Source: Hydrurus foetidus (lineage: Eukaryota). From it: 64,000 nucleotides of DNA. The stretch is from the NCBI GenBank assembly GCA_900617105.1, contig UYFQ01000738.1:1-64000 (forward strand), read 5' to 3'. Position numbers and translations under genes: made by a program. The notes below the pieces were generated by a model. The model searched no databases, was not told the origin of the DNA, and saw only the letters and a list, made by a program, of their open reading frames with translations. Shown one piece after another: positions 26,601 through 39,620 of the stretch (position 1 is its first letter; each line of letters starts with the position of its first letter).

Positions 26601-28542
26601 AAGAGGACCAGCGTAGAAGAGACGATGATCAAAGAAGGAGAGAAGAGGAAGAGCAGAGGAGTGGGGAAGAGATACAGAGAGATCACGAGGCCAATGGTGG
26701 GTTACCACTAGGCATTATCGCTTGTCTTAGACACGACATAGAGAGCGCCGTCTCTGACTGCTTGGAAGAAGGGGAAGAGGAGGATGTTGAAGTTGAAGTT
26801 GAGGACAGCGACGTTGCACTCCGCGCACAGGTGTCCAAGGCACCTGGACTGACCAAGCTACGAGTGACGAGTGACAGCATAGAAGAGGGCTCAGCTGTGA
26901 TCGTGATAGCGGGGGACAACAGAGGGAGGCAGGGCATGGTGGTGAACATCCGCACTCTCCCTCACGACGATGACGAGGACCATACGTCTATTGAGTGTGT
27001 GCAGTATCTAATCAGACTGGAACCCAATCTGAGATCCTCGGCTAATTCCCCTTCAAAAGGCCGGAACTCACGGCCAACTTCGGCGATGCCCCGCAAGAAA
27101 GATAGGGACAGGGATAGGGATAGGGACAGGGACAGAGATGGTAGCGATGAGAAAGTCCCCCTTAAGAACAATGTGGAGATAATGAAGCTGAGAGATGAAA
27201 TCCAGCAAATGGAAATCACTTTGAAAATGCTTGGAAGAGACAAAATCAACGGCCACCAAGCACAGCAGATGATCGAGTTGAGGACAGCGCAGGTAGCTGC
27301 AGGTGACGACAAGGTGGACAACGAGGCGTTCGCTGTTGTGGAGGTAGCAGTGAAGAACCTAGCCATCGATCTGGATGATCTCAGACACCATCAGAGCAGA
27401 CGTCTCGCCACCGTCAAGAAACAATTCGAAGAGTCCTTCCAAGCTATGACTGTAAACCAGTCTACCACAGCAGAGGCAGACACCGGCTTGTTCTCCTCTG
27501 TGATCACTACAGGGCAGTGTCTTGGGTGCGGCAGATTGTCAGCCATCAACCACGTCCCCCCCGCCCCCTCCAGTCCCGAGACCTACAGGGCCGGATTCAA
27601 GATGCCCCTGGCCTTCACCCCCATGGGGCTCTACCCGTTCCGGGCCGTCTCCCCCCTGCCCCTAGGGGGATCGGAGACGGAGACTGCGCGCCCCATGTCC
27701 GCTGCTCTAGTTCCGAAGAACGCAGACATCGCTGGAAATCAGCACACCACATCAGAATGCATGGACCTGTCCCTCGATTCCATCGCACCGCAGTACCGCA
27801 CCATACGCCCTCGCACTTCAAGTACGCACTGCACAATACTGTACAGTACTGTACTGTACTGTACTGTACTGTACTGTACTGTACTGTACTGTACTGTACT
27901 GTACTGTACTGTACTGTACTGTACTGTACTGTACTGTACTGTACTGTACTGTACTGCACTGTACTGTACTGTACTGTACCTACTCAACGTCCTGGAGATG
28001 TGCCCTGTGCTGCGGCTGTAATTTTTATGTTGTCATTCCGCGCCCTACTCTACTCTACTCTGCTCTACTCTACTCTGCTCTGCTCTGCTCTGCTCCACCC
28101 TGCTACAGAGTTGCACTACTTTCTGATATCTACGGCCGTCACTAATGTATGCTACCATATTGTATCGTGTTGTAGGTGGCGTGTACAGTGCGAGTCAGCG
28201 AACTAGCTCTCGAGGCGCAGCAGCTGCCGGACTGAGCCCTGTCACCACCGGTGTGACGGCACAAGCCATATCGCACCCCCACTCCCACTCCCAGTCCCTC
28301 TCTCAGTCCCTCTCTCAAGCTCACTCCCTTGGAAAGCTGCTCAGAGAGGAGGCACAAGGACAGGGACAAAGAGAGGGACAGGGGGCGGGACAGAGAGGCA
28401 CTGCGAGGATGTTGCAGAGGAGCGGATTTGCTGGCAGGAAGAGCGCTAGAGCAGAGGTGAGAATGATTTGTGACAGATCTGTTCGATTCGATCCAATTTG
28501 ATTAAATGCTATTTTTCTTTGACCGCTTTGTGCGGATATTCT

Positions 28543-28601
<59 letters not shown>

Positions 28602-28906
28602 TTTCTCTCCTCCTTTCTTCTGTATTTTTTTGTTTATCTATTTATTTGTCATTCATTTGTTCATTCATTTATTAATTGAATTTATGTTTCTCTCATCTGG
28701 CTTGTGACCCTCTTCTACTCTACTCCTCTACTCTACTTATGTCCTCACTTCAACTTCAACCATAGCATGCGTACGCACCTGAGCGATTCGAAGCTGCTCC
28801 GGACTTCAGTCTACCGCACTACACGAAAGTGGCCGGATCTAGCAGTAGCAGTACGGCTCTCTCGTTAAGATCCGGTGTCGGTCCTGGGTCCGGTATAAGA
28901 AAATAA
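23698..28906 (+). CDS. Large coiled-coil/low-complexity protein with a KOW-like motif and a C-terminal CxxC motif
   Basis: Exons about 23698-23772, 23852-24200, 24279-27821, 28177-28456, 28767-28906. The 1221-aa ORF in the track is the central exon reading into a (CTGTA)n intron. Motifs IEEGSAVIVIAGDNRGRQGMVVNI and GQCLGCGR. Confidence 0.7.
27839..27979. repeat. (CTGTA)n pentanucleotide microsatellite, intronic
   Basis: Directly visible, starting just after the splice donor at ~27822. Confidence 0.95.
28542..28603. repeat. (TTTA)n microsatellite, intronic
   Basis: Directly visible. Confidence 0.9.
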
Positions 28907-29210
28907 TACCGTATGTTAGGAGGGATAGCAGTGGGGGGAGTGTGATTTCTTTTTAGTTGTGATGTGTGTTGTGTTGTATTGCATGGAGTGACTACACTTC
29001 GATAGCCGTTAGTATCTGTTAGACGCCCCTAGAACTGGCAATCTAGAAGAGAAAAGAGAGGAGAGGAGAGGAGAAATATGATGATTGTATTTAGTGTAGT
29101 GTACGTGTGTAAGTACTGATCGGGCGAATTGCTTTCGATCAGCAAGTGAGATGGGACGATGCACAGAAGAGATGGGATACCAGATACCAGCACTTCCACG
29201 GGACAGGACA

Positions 29211-29293
29211 GGACTGGACTGGACTGGACTGGACTGGACTGGACTGGACTGGACTGGACTGGACTGGACTGGACTGGACTGGACTGGACTGGA
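29211..29293. repeat. (GGACT)n pentanucleotide microsatellite
   Basis: Directly visible, preceded by GGACA variants. Confidence 0.95.
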
Positions 29294-30589
29294 CAGCAGT
29301 CGCATGTCGATGCCTTCTATTTACATCAAAGATGCATGGTGCTGTCCGCGCTCTAAGCTGTGCGCGTCTGATTCCTACCGTGCTTGTTCCTTATCCATCC
29401 AGACTTACTTGCTACCATTGATGATTCCAATGGCTGTCAAGAGCAACGAAAGTTTATCTTATCTTGTCTAATTTAATTACCTTTACTTGATTTGACGTCC
29501 TTAGAGGGACACTTCTCCTCCAGCTGTGCGACACAAGATGATCCGATCCGATCCGATCTGCGCGATGCAGATACAGTGCGTTCCCATGCAGCACATGAGT
29601 TGCGCGGCTTATTTCCATTTGATGCGGATACAAACACAGCGGTATGCACTCCCTCCATCTTACTCAATAATTCAGTTCACAGCATGGCAGTTATTTTGAT
29701 TATTTTTTCCATTCCAAGGTTGGTTCCATAGCATCCGTCTCATCTCATCACTTCTACTATCGCGTCCAACAGTCGCCGCAATCTAGAGACTGAGAGTCGA
29801 ATCACCGTAGATCAGCAGTCGGACCAGCGTGAGACATTTCTTCAAGCGCATACACGTAATGACAGGGGATTGCTCACTCAGATTATCTCTAGCACTGAAA
29901 ACTTGATTTGACTTCCTTCCAAGTATTTTCATGACCTACCGTCTACCGCATCTTTTTTGCTTTTTGGTTGGAGTGGTGGAATGGAAATTCGGTATATCAC
30001 TTGTAACGTCGCCATCAATTCCATCCAAAACACAATAACATTCTGACGTTACGTTACGGTACGGTAGCGTTTACCGTCAGATACGGTAGACATTCTACGC
30101 AACAACCATTCCAATATTGAATTTAGTGGCATCATGCTTAATTGTTGAAATTCAGAAATATTTGTATGCACAACATTCATGATAGCGATTTATTTTTCCT
30201 TTCATATACTCAATCTATACTGTCTCCTGGTAGATAACCGAATTGAATTATATCATATGAAACACAATTTACTTTTTCGAAATATCTCCTATTCTCCTGG
30301 CAGAAACAAATATTTTTGCATAAACAATATGTCCGATCATATCTACCGGTCTAAACGATGAAGGGTAGTTATGAATTTTTTGTTGTCCGTGATAAAAGTA
30401 CTTACTATCGGTCTTGGTTCCACAATTTATCAGTTTTCAGCGCCTGTCCAAGATAATTTCGTCCCGAATGTGTGGCTGTGTTTTACGGTCCGCGACTCCA
30501 ATTCTACACCAGACTGTACAGCGGCTTTTGTAGGCACCTTAGTCAACGCTCGATAGGGGCCGCAGCTTGTTGCTAATCATTCAACAATC

Positions 30590-31638
30590 ATGGCTTCTAC
30601 GAATATCAGTAAAAAGAGAAAGTTCGTCGCAGACGGAGTGTTCTACTCCGAGCTGAACGAGGTGAGATTTCTGGCGAGACTTGCAGGATTTGACACTATC
30701 AGTAGAGTCATCACAAGCGACGAATAGAAAAACACGTATCAGAATGAGAGGATGACAAGGAGCATTCAGAACGTCATCGCACTTCAGAAAGTAACGATTA
30801 TTAATGGTACTTTTATATAATCGACAGCTCCTGTCTCGTCAGCTTGCTGAAGATGGTTATGCCGGCATCGAAGTTAGAGTGACACCTGTCCGTACCGAGA
30901 TTATCATCAAGGCCACTCGCACACAGGATGTCCTTGGAGAGAAGGGACAGCGCATCCGTGAGCTTACATCTGTCGTCCAGAAGAGGTGCAAAAGGGAATA
31001 CGACTTATTATCTATCATTAGTAATCATCGGACGTCCATAAAATGATCTCAAATCCAATAATCTCTGTCCAATCTCCGTCATCGTAACGCGAATCAATTT
31101 AAATCAACGTATTAACGTATCACACAGATTTAACTTCAAGGAGGGAGCAGTTGAAATCTTCGCGGAGCGTGTTGCCAACCGTGGTCTCTGCTCTCAGACA
31201 CAGGCGGAGTCACTCAAATACAAGCTACTCGGCGGACTTGCCGTCCGTCGTGCATGCTACGGTGTCCTCAGATTCGTCATGGAATCCGGCGCCAAGGGTG
31301 CTGAGGTATCTGTTTCAGGCAAAGTTAGAGGCCAGCGTGCTAAGTCTCAGAAGTTTTCTGACGGATACATGATCAAGACTGGCCACGCATATGAGTAAGT
31401 ACATCGATTTTCATGAACTGCAATACCCTCATTCACCCTAACGTTATCCCATCCCATCAACCCTATACAACACCACAGCGAGTATGTTGACACAGCCGTG
31501 CGTCACGTGATGATGAGACAGGGTATCCTCGGCGTAAAGGTGTCCATCATGCTTCCCCACGATCCCAAAGGGATCATCGGCCCTAAGTCTTTGCTATCTG
31601 ATGTTATTACTATTCTGGAGCCCAAAGAGTCCAACTGA
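30590..31638 (+). CDS. RPS3: 40S ribosomal protein S3 (uS3)
   Basis: [24 protein letters not shown] / [48 protein letters not shown]. Exons 30590-30661, 30828-30985, 31128-31394, 31479-31638. Confidence 0.98.
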
Positions 31639-31988
31639 ACTTAATGATTTCGTTAATTTAAGCGTGACATATTGTTGAAACACTCAGCAGTGCTTCTTTC
31701 GCGGATCACCGGAACTGAAACGCACGTATCAGCCGAACTGAACTATTGATGGATGTGACGAGACCCGGTATGATACGGTGCACTGTCATCACAATTGCTG
31801 ACTGATGGGGAAGTCATGTTAGCAGCTGCTCTCCGTCCAAGGATATGTACACATCAACTCCAGCATTAAAGCAGAAGGGATAACACCTTCACTTATAATG
31901 ATAAGTACGTTTAAGATAGAGAACACCAGAATGTGTTGGATGTTCTCATAACGCGAACTCAATAGGATTTACGAACAAGTGCGTCTGT

Positions 31989-33808
31989 CTACCAGATTCT
32001 TCTATAAACAAGTCGTGACGGATTTCCCGCAGGGATAGCACCGGATGACGGTACAGAGGGTACGTGTCGACCTCGATTGTACGCACTGCCGGCAGGAGCC
32101 TGTTAGTCAGGAGAGAGAGTAAGGTGTAGTCAGTGGTGTTCGTTGGACTCAATCCAAAGGGCTTACGGGTGAGGAGAAAATGCAGTACTGTACCTGTGAT
32201 GACATGGGAGCGCCTGTGGGCTGTTGAGGAGCGGGAAACCGTCTGACTTGAGGGGGTCTAGCTTGCATGCTGTACCCCACCTTAGACGGGGCCTGAGCTG
32301 CAACGCTTGCACTGCTGTACACCCCCCTGGGGGGATGGATGTGATTGTTGCTTGTCTCCGGTATGGATGCAAGTGGCATACGGGGGGCGGGTTTGCGGGC
32401 GACTGTGCCAACATCGCTGGTAGGCGCACTCGCATTAGAGCGGGCCGTGTCAGGCACCTTAGGTGGGATGTACGTACTGGCAACAGATGAGCCCGATGCC
32501 ACTGGTCGTGCCGCTTGGTGTCTCTGCTTCTCCTGTTCCGCTACTGTCCACGAGGAGGGGGAGTTCGGTCGCACATCCGGGTAACAGGGTTTGGGGAGTA
32601 CGGTCCCGAGTCTCCTCAGATTGTTCCCTAGAGGGACTTTTATCGTCTCGATTAAATCCTTCGCTTGGTCGCTCTGTTGTCTCTGACCGAATGACGTGGC
32701 GATTTCATCGAGTTGTAGCTTCGCTTGTAGGTCAGCAGACGTAAGCATTGCAGATGCTGATAATCGAGTGCGAGGGTTCAAGCTCAACATTTGAGTGACT
32801 ATTTTGTGGAGAGGGTCGCTATATTTCCTGGGAATAGGGGGGAACTTTCCGCTGAGAACATTCCGTTTTAATGCTGGGAAACTATCTCCAGTAAATGGGG
32901 GCTTTAGAGATGCAAGCTACAAAGGAAATTAGACAAAAGTCAACTATCAAATAAATCCAACCAATCACAATAGAAACAGAACAGAAGTAAATCACTTTCA
33001 CATCCCCTCACCTCATACACTAAACATCCAAGTGCCCATATATCAGCACTCGAGTCGTATGGCCTGTTATTCCAAATTTCTGATAAATAATCGAATACAG
33101 GAGATTAATATGTAAGAAGTTACCTCGCTTTTAAAGTAGAAGTCTTGTGCGCAGTTATCACCGAGAAGCGCAGCCATCATGATGGTTGTCACCTGGAGCC
33201 ATGTAATATGGTGTGCCTATTTGGGTTTGAAGCTGCCCCTTCTGAAGGCGCTTACTCACATTCATGTCTGCAGATGGTGGTGATGACATGTCAGTTCAGC
33301 TGGTATCAAGAAGAGCACTTTATCCTATCATGAGTCATGACCAGTCTGCCGCACCTCCTATCTTCACGGAACCGTCTTCTGATAGGAAAGTATTCGCTGC
33401 TTTTAAATCGCGATGGCAAATCCCTTTGTCATGAAGATTCTGCAGCGCTTTCAAGCACTGAACTAAGTAGCGCCAAATTACCGTTTCATCTATGTACTGC
33501 CGCCGGCGTTTGTAACGATCAACTTTTTGTGCAAGATCCCCACATCCGCAGTACTCCATGACAATGCATAATTCTGTCTCATCACTTTCTAGAAAAGCTT
33601 CTAGAAATCCGACTATATTCTTGTGCCTTATTGATGCTAGAAATCGGATTTCGTTCAAAGCATCCGCGATCTCCTTCTTCGACATTTTGTTGATTTTTAC
33701 CCTCTTCAGGGCATATACTTTATTATCCGACTTGCGGATAACTTTATAGACAGACGCAAATGACCCTTTCCCAATAGCCTCGACAACTTTGAAATCCCGG
33801 AACGACAT
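31989..33808 (-). CDS. NIMA-related (NEK) Ser/Thr kinase, five exons
   Basis: IGKGSFASVYKV, YALKRV, ALNEIRFLASIRHKNIV, HRDLKAANTF, spliced IGDMNVSK, TQIGTPYYMAPE, then a Pro/Ser-rich tail ending VYRRIW-stop. Confidence 0.92.
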
Positions 33809-34737
33809 CTGAGTCTAGCAATTCTGTCGGCAATCTCTTTTCGTACTGCTTCTGCAGATATGGGACGAGATTAACCACGCAATAACTCGCAAAAAAATAC
33901 AATTAGATCGACAGCGAATCAACGCTCCTCTCCTCGGTAAGCTGGTGAGCGCCTCTCAATTAACCCATGAATGCAACCACCTGGTGTGCCGCTTCCTCCT
34001 CACTTTGATTCGTCATGACTGATGACATCTCAAGAGCTATTTACTCAGATTTGCAACGGCTAAAACTCAAGAACTCTATCCGCTACCCACCCTTCCGTAC
34101 TCTAGCCTGTAGTACAGAATACTATCTCCTGGTTTATGAAACCGTTCGGCTCTAGTACCGTCTCCTTACAATGACGTATGCTTTGAATCATCCGTCTTTC
34201 GTCTTCAGTTTAAAGTTTACATCCCACATCGTATTGAAATCAAACATCAAACTAAAATTATAAGGCATGTGACAGTAAGCTCATGTTTTCTATGTCGTAA
34301 GATTTTTGCAATCAAATACGGTCGCAGAGGTTCGGCATGTATTATTCTGATCTGGGATTGCTGTATAAAAGAATGCCATCTCTATCAGAGAAGCTTGTTT
34401 CGTGCACAACCGTCAATCCACTTCTCACTTTACGCTATCTGTATTTTGTCAGTAGCTGTCTGTATTAAACTCCTTTTGAATACTGTAGTACCTTGTTTAG
34501 GAACCTCCTCCGTTGTGCGATGTGGAAGTGAAGCGCAGGCGTTTGTAAACAAAGAGTATTATTGAATGTGTGTGACACATTAGACATTCATTAACAACCA
34601 CCAGCATGCGGAAGTCATAAAGCGCCTATTGTACGCTCTCAGTTTTGTACACGTGGAAGTGTGGTGGTTTTTATGTAATCAAATTAAATAAAGTTCGACA
34701 TGTTTTTAGCTATTTATATTGTTTAGTGTATTGTAAT

Positions 34738-37323
34738 TTAGACAACGCCGGCGTCAAGGAGTTTCTTGACTGCAGCTTCGCGTGAAGCTTTGGCCATTTT
34801 AAGCTGTTTCTTGATGGCGTCCTCCTCACTGTATTGCTCTAGCACTTTCATGAGTTTCACCTTTCTCTCCTCCTCAGCTTTCATCTTCATCGCTTCAGCG
34901 ACAATCTCCATCTTTGATTTGCCCCAGTCGGCGTTAAGAAGAGGATTTGGCCTGCGCATTTTCTCTAGGGCTGCTGCTTCGTCTTGCTCGTACTTAAGCT
35001 TCAGGGCAGGTAGGTTGGCTATTGCGGTTGGATCTGTGAGTTCCGATGCCTTAGGCATAAGCTGAGAGAACTTTGGCAGGGCGTCGAAAAGGTCATCAGC
35101 GACATTGTCGGGGTCGTTCTGGTAAGGCATCTCGTCGACCTTCGTATCTCCGTACATTGAGTAAGGGTGCATTTTGGCGTTGTACTCGTAAAGCATGAAG
35201 TGGAACTCTTCCTGGGAGACTTGGTCGTCCTGGACCAGGCGGCGAGCGAGGGCCCAGAGGAGGTCCTCGTTCTCCATCAGGATTTTCTTTGCAGTGTAGT
35301 ACCCATTGGATGCGATACGAAGGATCTCACTGTTGATGCGCTCCTTCAGCCACGCGGACAGTTGCCAGTCGACGTCGCCATCACCCTGGCCCTCGAAATC
35401 ATATGTGAGTGGAGGTAGGCGAGACATGCCGAGCTGGCATACCATTGCGCGGGCTACTCTAAATATTTGTTGAAGATCGCCGGATGCACCGGTGGTAACC
35501 TTGGAAGCACCGAAGACCAGTTCTTCGGCAACACGGCCGCCCCATGCGACGGCAATCTGGGACTCGAGGTAGTGCCATGTCACAACGTTGTCAAGACGAT
35601 CCTCGAGAGGAGAGAAAAAGGTAAGTCCTCCGGCGCCACTGACTCTTGGAGTGATGGAGATCTTGGTGACGGTGTCGTACTCGGGGATGAGACCACCAAC
35701 AATTGCGTGTCCGGCTTCGTGGAAAGCCACAAGCTCGATATCCTGTACAAGCGCGTCTTTGTTTGGCTTCTCCATGCCTACAGTTACTCTGTCAATTGCC
35801 CAATCGACATCGTCCCATTCAATGATTTCCTTCTCTGATCGTGCTGCGTGGATGGCGGCCTCGTTGAGAAGATTCTTGAGAGATGCGCCTGAAAGGCCAG
35901 GGGTACGTCTGGCGACCTGCTCGAGGTCGACATCAGGTGAGAGTGGCTTGTTGCGTGCGTGAACCTTCAGGACGTCGAATCTGCCACGATTGTCGGGTAG
36001 GGAAACTTCAATTTTGCGATCGAAACGGCCGGCACGTACAAGGGCCTCATCAAGAATGTCAATGCGATTTGTTGCGGCAATTGTGATAACTCCTGGATTG
36101 CCGTCAAAGCCGTCCATTTCGACTAGAAGCTGATTGAGTGTCTGCTCACGCTCGTCGTTAGACTGACCACTTCCACGTTGTCTGCCGATGGCATCGATCT
36201 CATCGATGAAAATAATGCATGGGGCGTTCTCACGGGCTGATTTAAACATATCTCTTACACGGGCTGCTCCCACTCCGACGAAGACTTGGACGAATTCAGA
36301 GCCTGAGACCGAGATGAATGGAACTCCTGCCTCTCCTGCAACGGCTCTTGCAAGCAGTGTCTTTCCGGTTCCGGGAGGTCCGTTGAGCAGACAGCCGGAG
36401 GGGATCTTCGCTCCCATCTCTGTGTATTTGTCAGGATTTTTCAAGAAGTCCACAACCTCCTCGAGCTCTAGTTTGGCACTGTCACAGCCCGCAACGTCGG
36501 CAAAGTTTGTGTTTGTGACGGGAGTTAGATCGATTTTTGCCTTCGATTTGGCGAAGGCCTCAGGGTCAAGTCCTCCTGGGCCACGACCTCTTCCGCCCCC
36601 TGGTCCTCCTCCGCCTCCGAATAGACCTCCTGGTCCGCGGCCACCTCCTCCGCGACCTCCCGTAGGTGTTCTGGTCTTGGCCTTCTCACGCTCCTCTTTC
36701 GATGGGAATAGCAATTTGAAGGTTGGGTAGAGGAAGATCAATGATGTAAGCACTCCGGGAACAACAAAAGTCTGTAACAGTCTCTCTGTCTCTGATTCTG
36801 GAAGTACAAGGGCTGCAGCTGCGTCAGTGCCGGTTCCACCGTTGGCATTGATGGGTGCAACATTAATTTCCACTTTATGCTGAACTAGGAAGGACAGGAG
36901 GTTTGGATCGTTGGGGATGTCGCAGGTAAATCTGTCGCCGTCGTTATCGACACCAACAGCCCTTTTTCCGTCGGGAGAAAATGTCACTTTCTCCACTTGA
37001 TCTTTCTCGACTTGATCGAGGAATTTAGAGTAGATCCATTTCTCAGGGACGCCAGGTTGGGCCGCTCTGGGAGCTTCTCTCGCCACCTGAGGTGCAAGAG
37101 AAGGTGGTGCTGCTGCTGCCTGATATTCGGCAGCTGTGGCGCCAGTGTTGAAGGCGCCAAAGGCGATCGCAGAAGCGACTACGCCTCTGAAGTTTGAGAA
37201 GAAGTTGTTCTCGTTTTCAGCGATCGCCATCGAAGGGACGGTGCGGGAAAGTCTGTTCGAGACGGGCATGAACGCGACGACATTTTGAAGGATGAGGAAA
37301 ACTACAACAAGCTGACCGATCAT
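34738..37323 (-). CDS. ftsH: Plastid-targeted ATP-dependent zinc metalloprotease FtsH, intronless
   Basis: Walker A GPPGTGKT, Walker [37 protein letters not shown] zinc motif. N-terminal signal peptide ending VVA-FMP (ASAFAP-like) followed by an S/R-rich transit peptide. Confidence 0.96.
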   Translation of the reverse strand: MIGQLVVVFLILQNVVAFMPVSNRLSRTVPSMAIAENENNFFSNFRGVVASAIAFGAFNTGATAAEYQAAAAPPSLAPQVAREAPRAAQPGVPEKWIYSKFLDQVEKDQVEKVTFSPDGKRAVGVDNDGDRFTCDIPNDPNLLSFLVQHKVEINVAPINANGGTGTDAAAALVLPESETERLLQTFVVPGVLTSLIFLYPTFKLLFPSKEEREKAKTRTPTGGRGGGGRGPGGLFGGGGGPGGGRGRGPGGLDPEAFAKSKAKIDLTPVTNTNFADVAGCDSAKLELEEVVDFLKNPDKYTEMGAKIPSGCLLNGPPGTGKTLLARAVAGEAGVPFISVSGSEFVQVFVGVGAARVRDMFKSARENAPCIIFIDEIDAIGRQRGSGQSNDEREQTLNQLLVEMDGFDGNPGVITIAATNRIDILDEALVRAGRFDRKIEVSLPDNRGRFDVLKVHARNKPLSPDVDLEQVARRTPGLSGASLKNLLNEAAIHAARSEKEIIEWDDVDWAIDRVTVGMEKPNKDALVQDIELVAFHEAGHAIVGGLIPEYDTVTKISITPRVSGAGGLTFFSPLEDRLDNVVTWHYLESQIAVAWGGRVAEELVFGASKVTTGASGDLQQIFRVARAMVCQLGMSRLPPLTYDFEGQGDGDVDWQLSAWLKERINSEILRIASNGYYTAKKILMENEDLLWALARRLVQDDQVSQEEFHFMLYEYNAKMHPYSMYGDTKVDEMPYQNDPDNVADDLFDALPKFSQLMPKASELTDPTAIANLPALKLKYEQDEAAALEKMRRPNPLLNADWGKSKMEIVAEAMKMKAEEERKVKLMKVLEQYSEEDAIKKQLKMAKASREAAVKKLLDAGVV

Positions 37324-38583
37324 TTTGACTTAGGCAGCCCTTTGGATGGACTGTCTGATGAAGAGGGATGTTACTCCTGTGCAAATACTCTCTGATGTTT
37401 GTTGGTACTTCAATTCCACAAACCACAGGACGGAAGCGCGCTGCAAAGCTTGTCAGTGAGACGTTCTGTCAGACAGAACTGGCATGACGCAGTACGCACT
37501 TTCCCACACGGTTTGTTGTTTGTTGTTCGTCGATACACGGTCTATCCTTTGGTTCTAGAAGTAGATTTTTTAGTTCGGTATTTTCACGTGCGTTTTCTCC
37601 ACCCAGCAGCCCGTAGAGTAGACAAGCTTTTAGCACTCAAAAAGGTATTAGATATTGGATATTGCATTGCAGGAGGCAAGTGATCTCATTATGCTTATTC
37701 TGTCCTGTCTTAATCTTCTCTCTACCAACTGATTAGCAATTATACGAAGGGTTAATATATTGATCAGTATTACATACTATTTTTTCTTATGGAGCGAGAC
37801 TGCTGTGCATTAAGGTCTGATGAAGTCAGTATGGCTGTCATTGTCGGGGCTACTTGTGTTGACGTGGCAGGACATATTTGAGAGACATGTATCTAGGTCG
37901 GTTCCTCCGCTCAATTTGCTGAAATGTATTATCTCAACTATTAGCACACAACCTTAACTGACCGTGTACGTATGTGATAAAAAAAGCTGCAGAAAAATAT
38001 TCGTTTATGTAAAGAGCACCTTCGCTTCCCAATCTAATAGAAACGAGTCTAACTTTAACCAAATAAACTTAATTGATGAAGATTCTTTTCAACGTAAATT
38101 TGATAAGATGGCGGGGCACGGTTTGCAAATTGCTTCTCCTAGTGCAGCAGTAAAACAATTCGATTGAGTACACATTAAATGCAAATAGCGGAGTGCTGAT
38201 TGCGACAACAGCAAAGAGGGTTCAAGAATACTTTCAGTCACAGATAGAAGACAAATAGCCGGAGGCGGTGCTTCACTGGCACTATTGCTGATGGTGGTTT
38301 GTCATTCCCGTGACAGCTGCAAGCCCCTAATTTTCACCAAGGATTATGCTGTCCGATTTCTCGAGATGGTGTGTGAATCATTTCGTTGCCTCATCTCCGT
38401 CGGGGTTCGGGTAATGCCTGTCGTCGCCTTCTGCATCTGTGACTATGAGACCCTTAATGTCGTGGTGAACTCCGCAGCAACATGTCAAGAAACGTGCAAC
38501 CTACTAAGGATAAGCCTAGTTGTTCCCAGGTCAGCTTCCTGGGAACGCGACTTAGTCATTTAAGTCCCGAACAACCGTCTCAT

Positions 38584-39288
38584 CTACCGATAGTAATTGT
38601 ACTGACTATTCTCGGGCTGTGTATATGAACTTTGAGAGCTCCTCGATCCCATGAGAGGGGTGAGATAGTTGATCAGCACTTGAGGATGGACGGTCAGATC
38701 TTTCACGGATTGGACAATTGCAGATTCTATGTTCACCAGTTCTCGAATAGACAGATCCATTGAATCGGCTAACTCCTCTCGCAGCACTTCGTTCCGATGT
38801 ATTTTTGATGCGATTATGAGACATCCTCCGAAAAGCCTTCTGACATTTCTACTGTTTGCGTAGAGATGTAAAATCTGGCTTACTTTGTCCATATAAACCA
38901 GAGCGATGATTATGGTCAGGTTTCTCACTGTGAAACTAGCCGATGACATTTTCTCAAAAAAGTTCTGTAGTGACAAGTTAAGCTCATCGTCTTCAGTCGC
39001 ATCGTCGTTAAATAATCTGTCGTCGTATGATATCTTGTTCCCGAGGCGCCGCTTTAGTAAATCATTCTGTGCAACGGTTTTTATAAGAGTCTCCAGAGTA
39101 AATTGCAGAACTTCTTTCCTGTCCAAGTCATCTATCTCTCGGAAGCCGACATTGCTTGGAGTAATTTGGCGGCTGAGGTGGGCCAGTTGATTTTGTTGTG
39201 CGAGGCCGTTGTGACCAACGTAGTTCCCAGCAATGACATTAAACCATATGAACACTCCGAGCCATGTTAAAATATTGAAAGATTTCAT
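38584..39288 (-). CDS. PHO80/U(P)-type cyclin-like protein with N-terminal hydrophobic signal-peptide-like leader
   Basis: Cyclin-box pattern SLQNFFEKM...IIALVYMDKV...NVRRLFGGCLIIASK...LSIRELVNIE. Leader MKSFNILTWLGVFIWFNVIAG. Confidence 0.75.
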   Translation of the reverse strand: MKSFNILTWLGVFIWFNVIAGNYVGHNGLAQQNQLAHLSRQITPSNVGFREIDDLDRKEVLQFTLETLIKTVAQNDLLKRRLGNKISYDDRLFNDDATEDDELNLSLQNFFEKMSSASFTVRNLTIIIALVYMDKVSQILHLYANSRNVRRLFGGCLIIASKIHRNEVLREELADSMDLSIRELVNIESAIVQSVKDLTVHPQVLINYLTPLMGSRSSQSSYTQPENSQYNYYR

Positions 39289-39620
39289 TGCGGTACGGTA
39301 TCGCTTTCAACGGTAAGGTTTATTTTCTCCCAAATCTCGATCGCAACTGACTTTGATGGTTGCTTCTGATTGTTCTCCGCTAGGAATCTATGATCGACTA
39401 TCTCATATCTGCTGGTGTCTGCTGTCTCAGCTCTCAGCTGTGACGTTTTTACCGAAGGTACCGGCTACACAGAGAACCTCAACCCGACGTCACTTTGACT
39501 TCCCTCCTTTTCATGATGAATCACAATCCACAATCCACATGGTGCCATTTCATCGAGGTCTCAAATTTCGATATCGTAAAATTGATGATTTGAATAGCTC
39601 ATCACCGACTAGGTCGGGAG

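Noticed and set aside
27517..29471. ORFs with VLYCT, STVQY, WTGLD and SSPVQ repeats
   Set aside because: Translations of (CTGTA)n and (GGACT)n microsatellites in non-coding DNA.
30040..30400. Short hairpin (CTGACG...CGTCAG) and AT-rich patch upstream of RPS3 as a possible MITE
   Set aside because: No clear terminal inverted repeats or target-site duplication identified.
30662..31478. Intronic snoRNAs in RPS3 (and RPL37A) introns
   Set aside because: Ribosomal protein introns often host them, but I found no clear C/D or H/ACA box pair with terminal stems.
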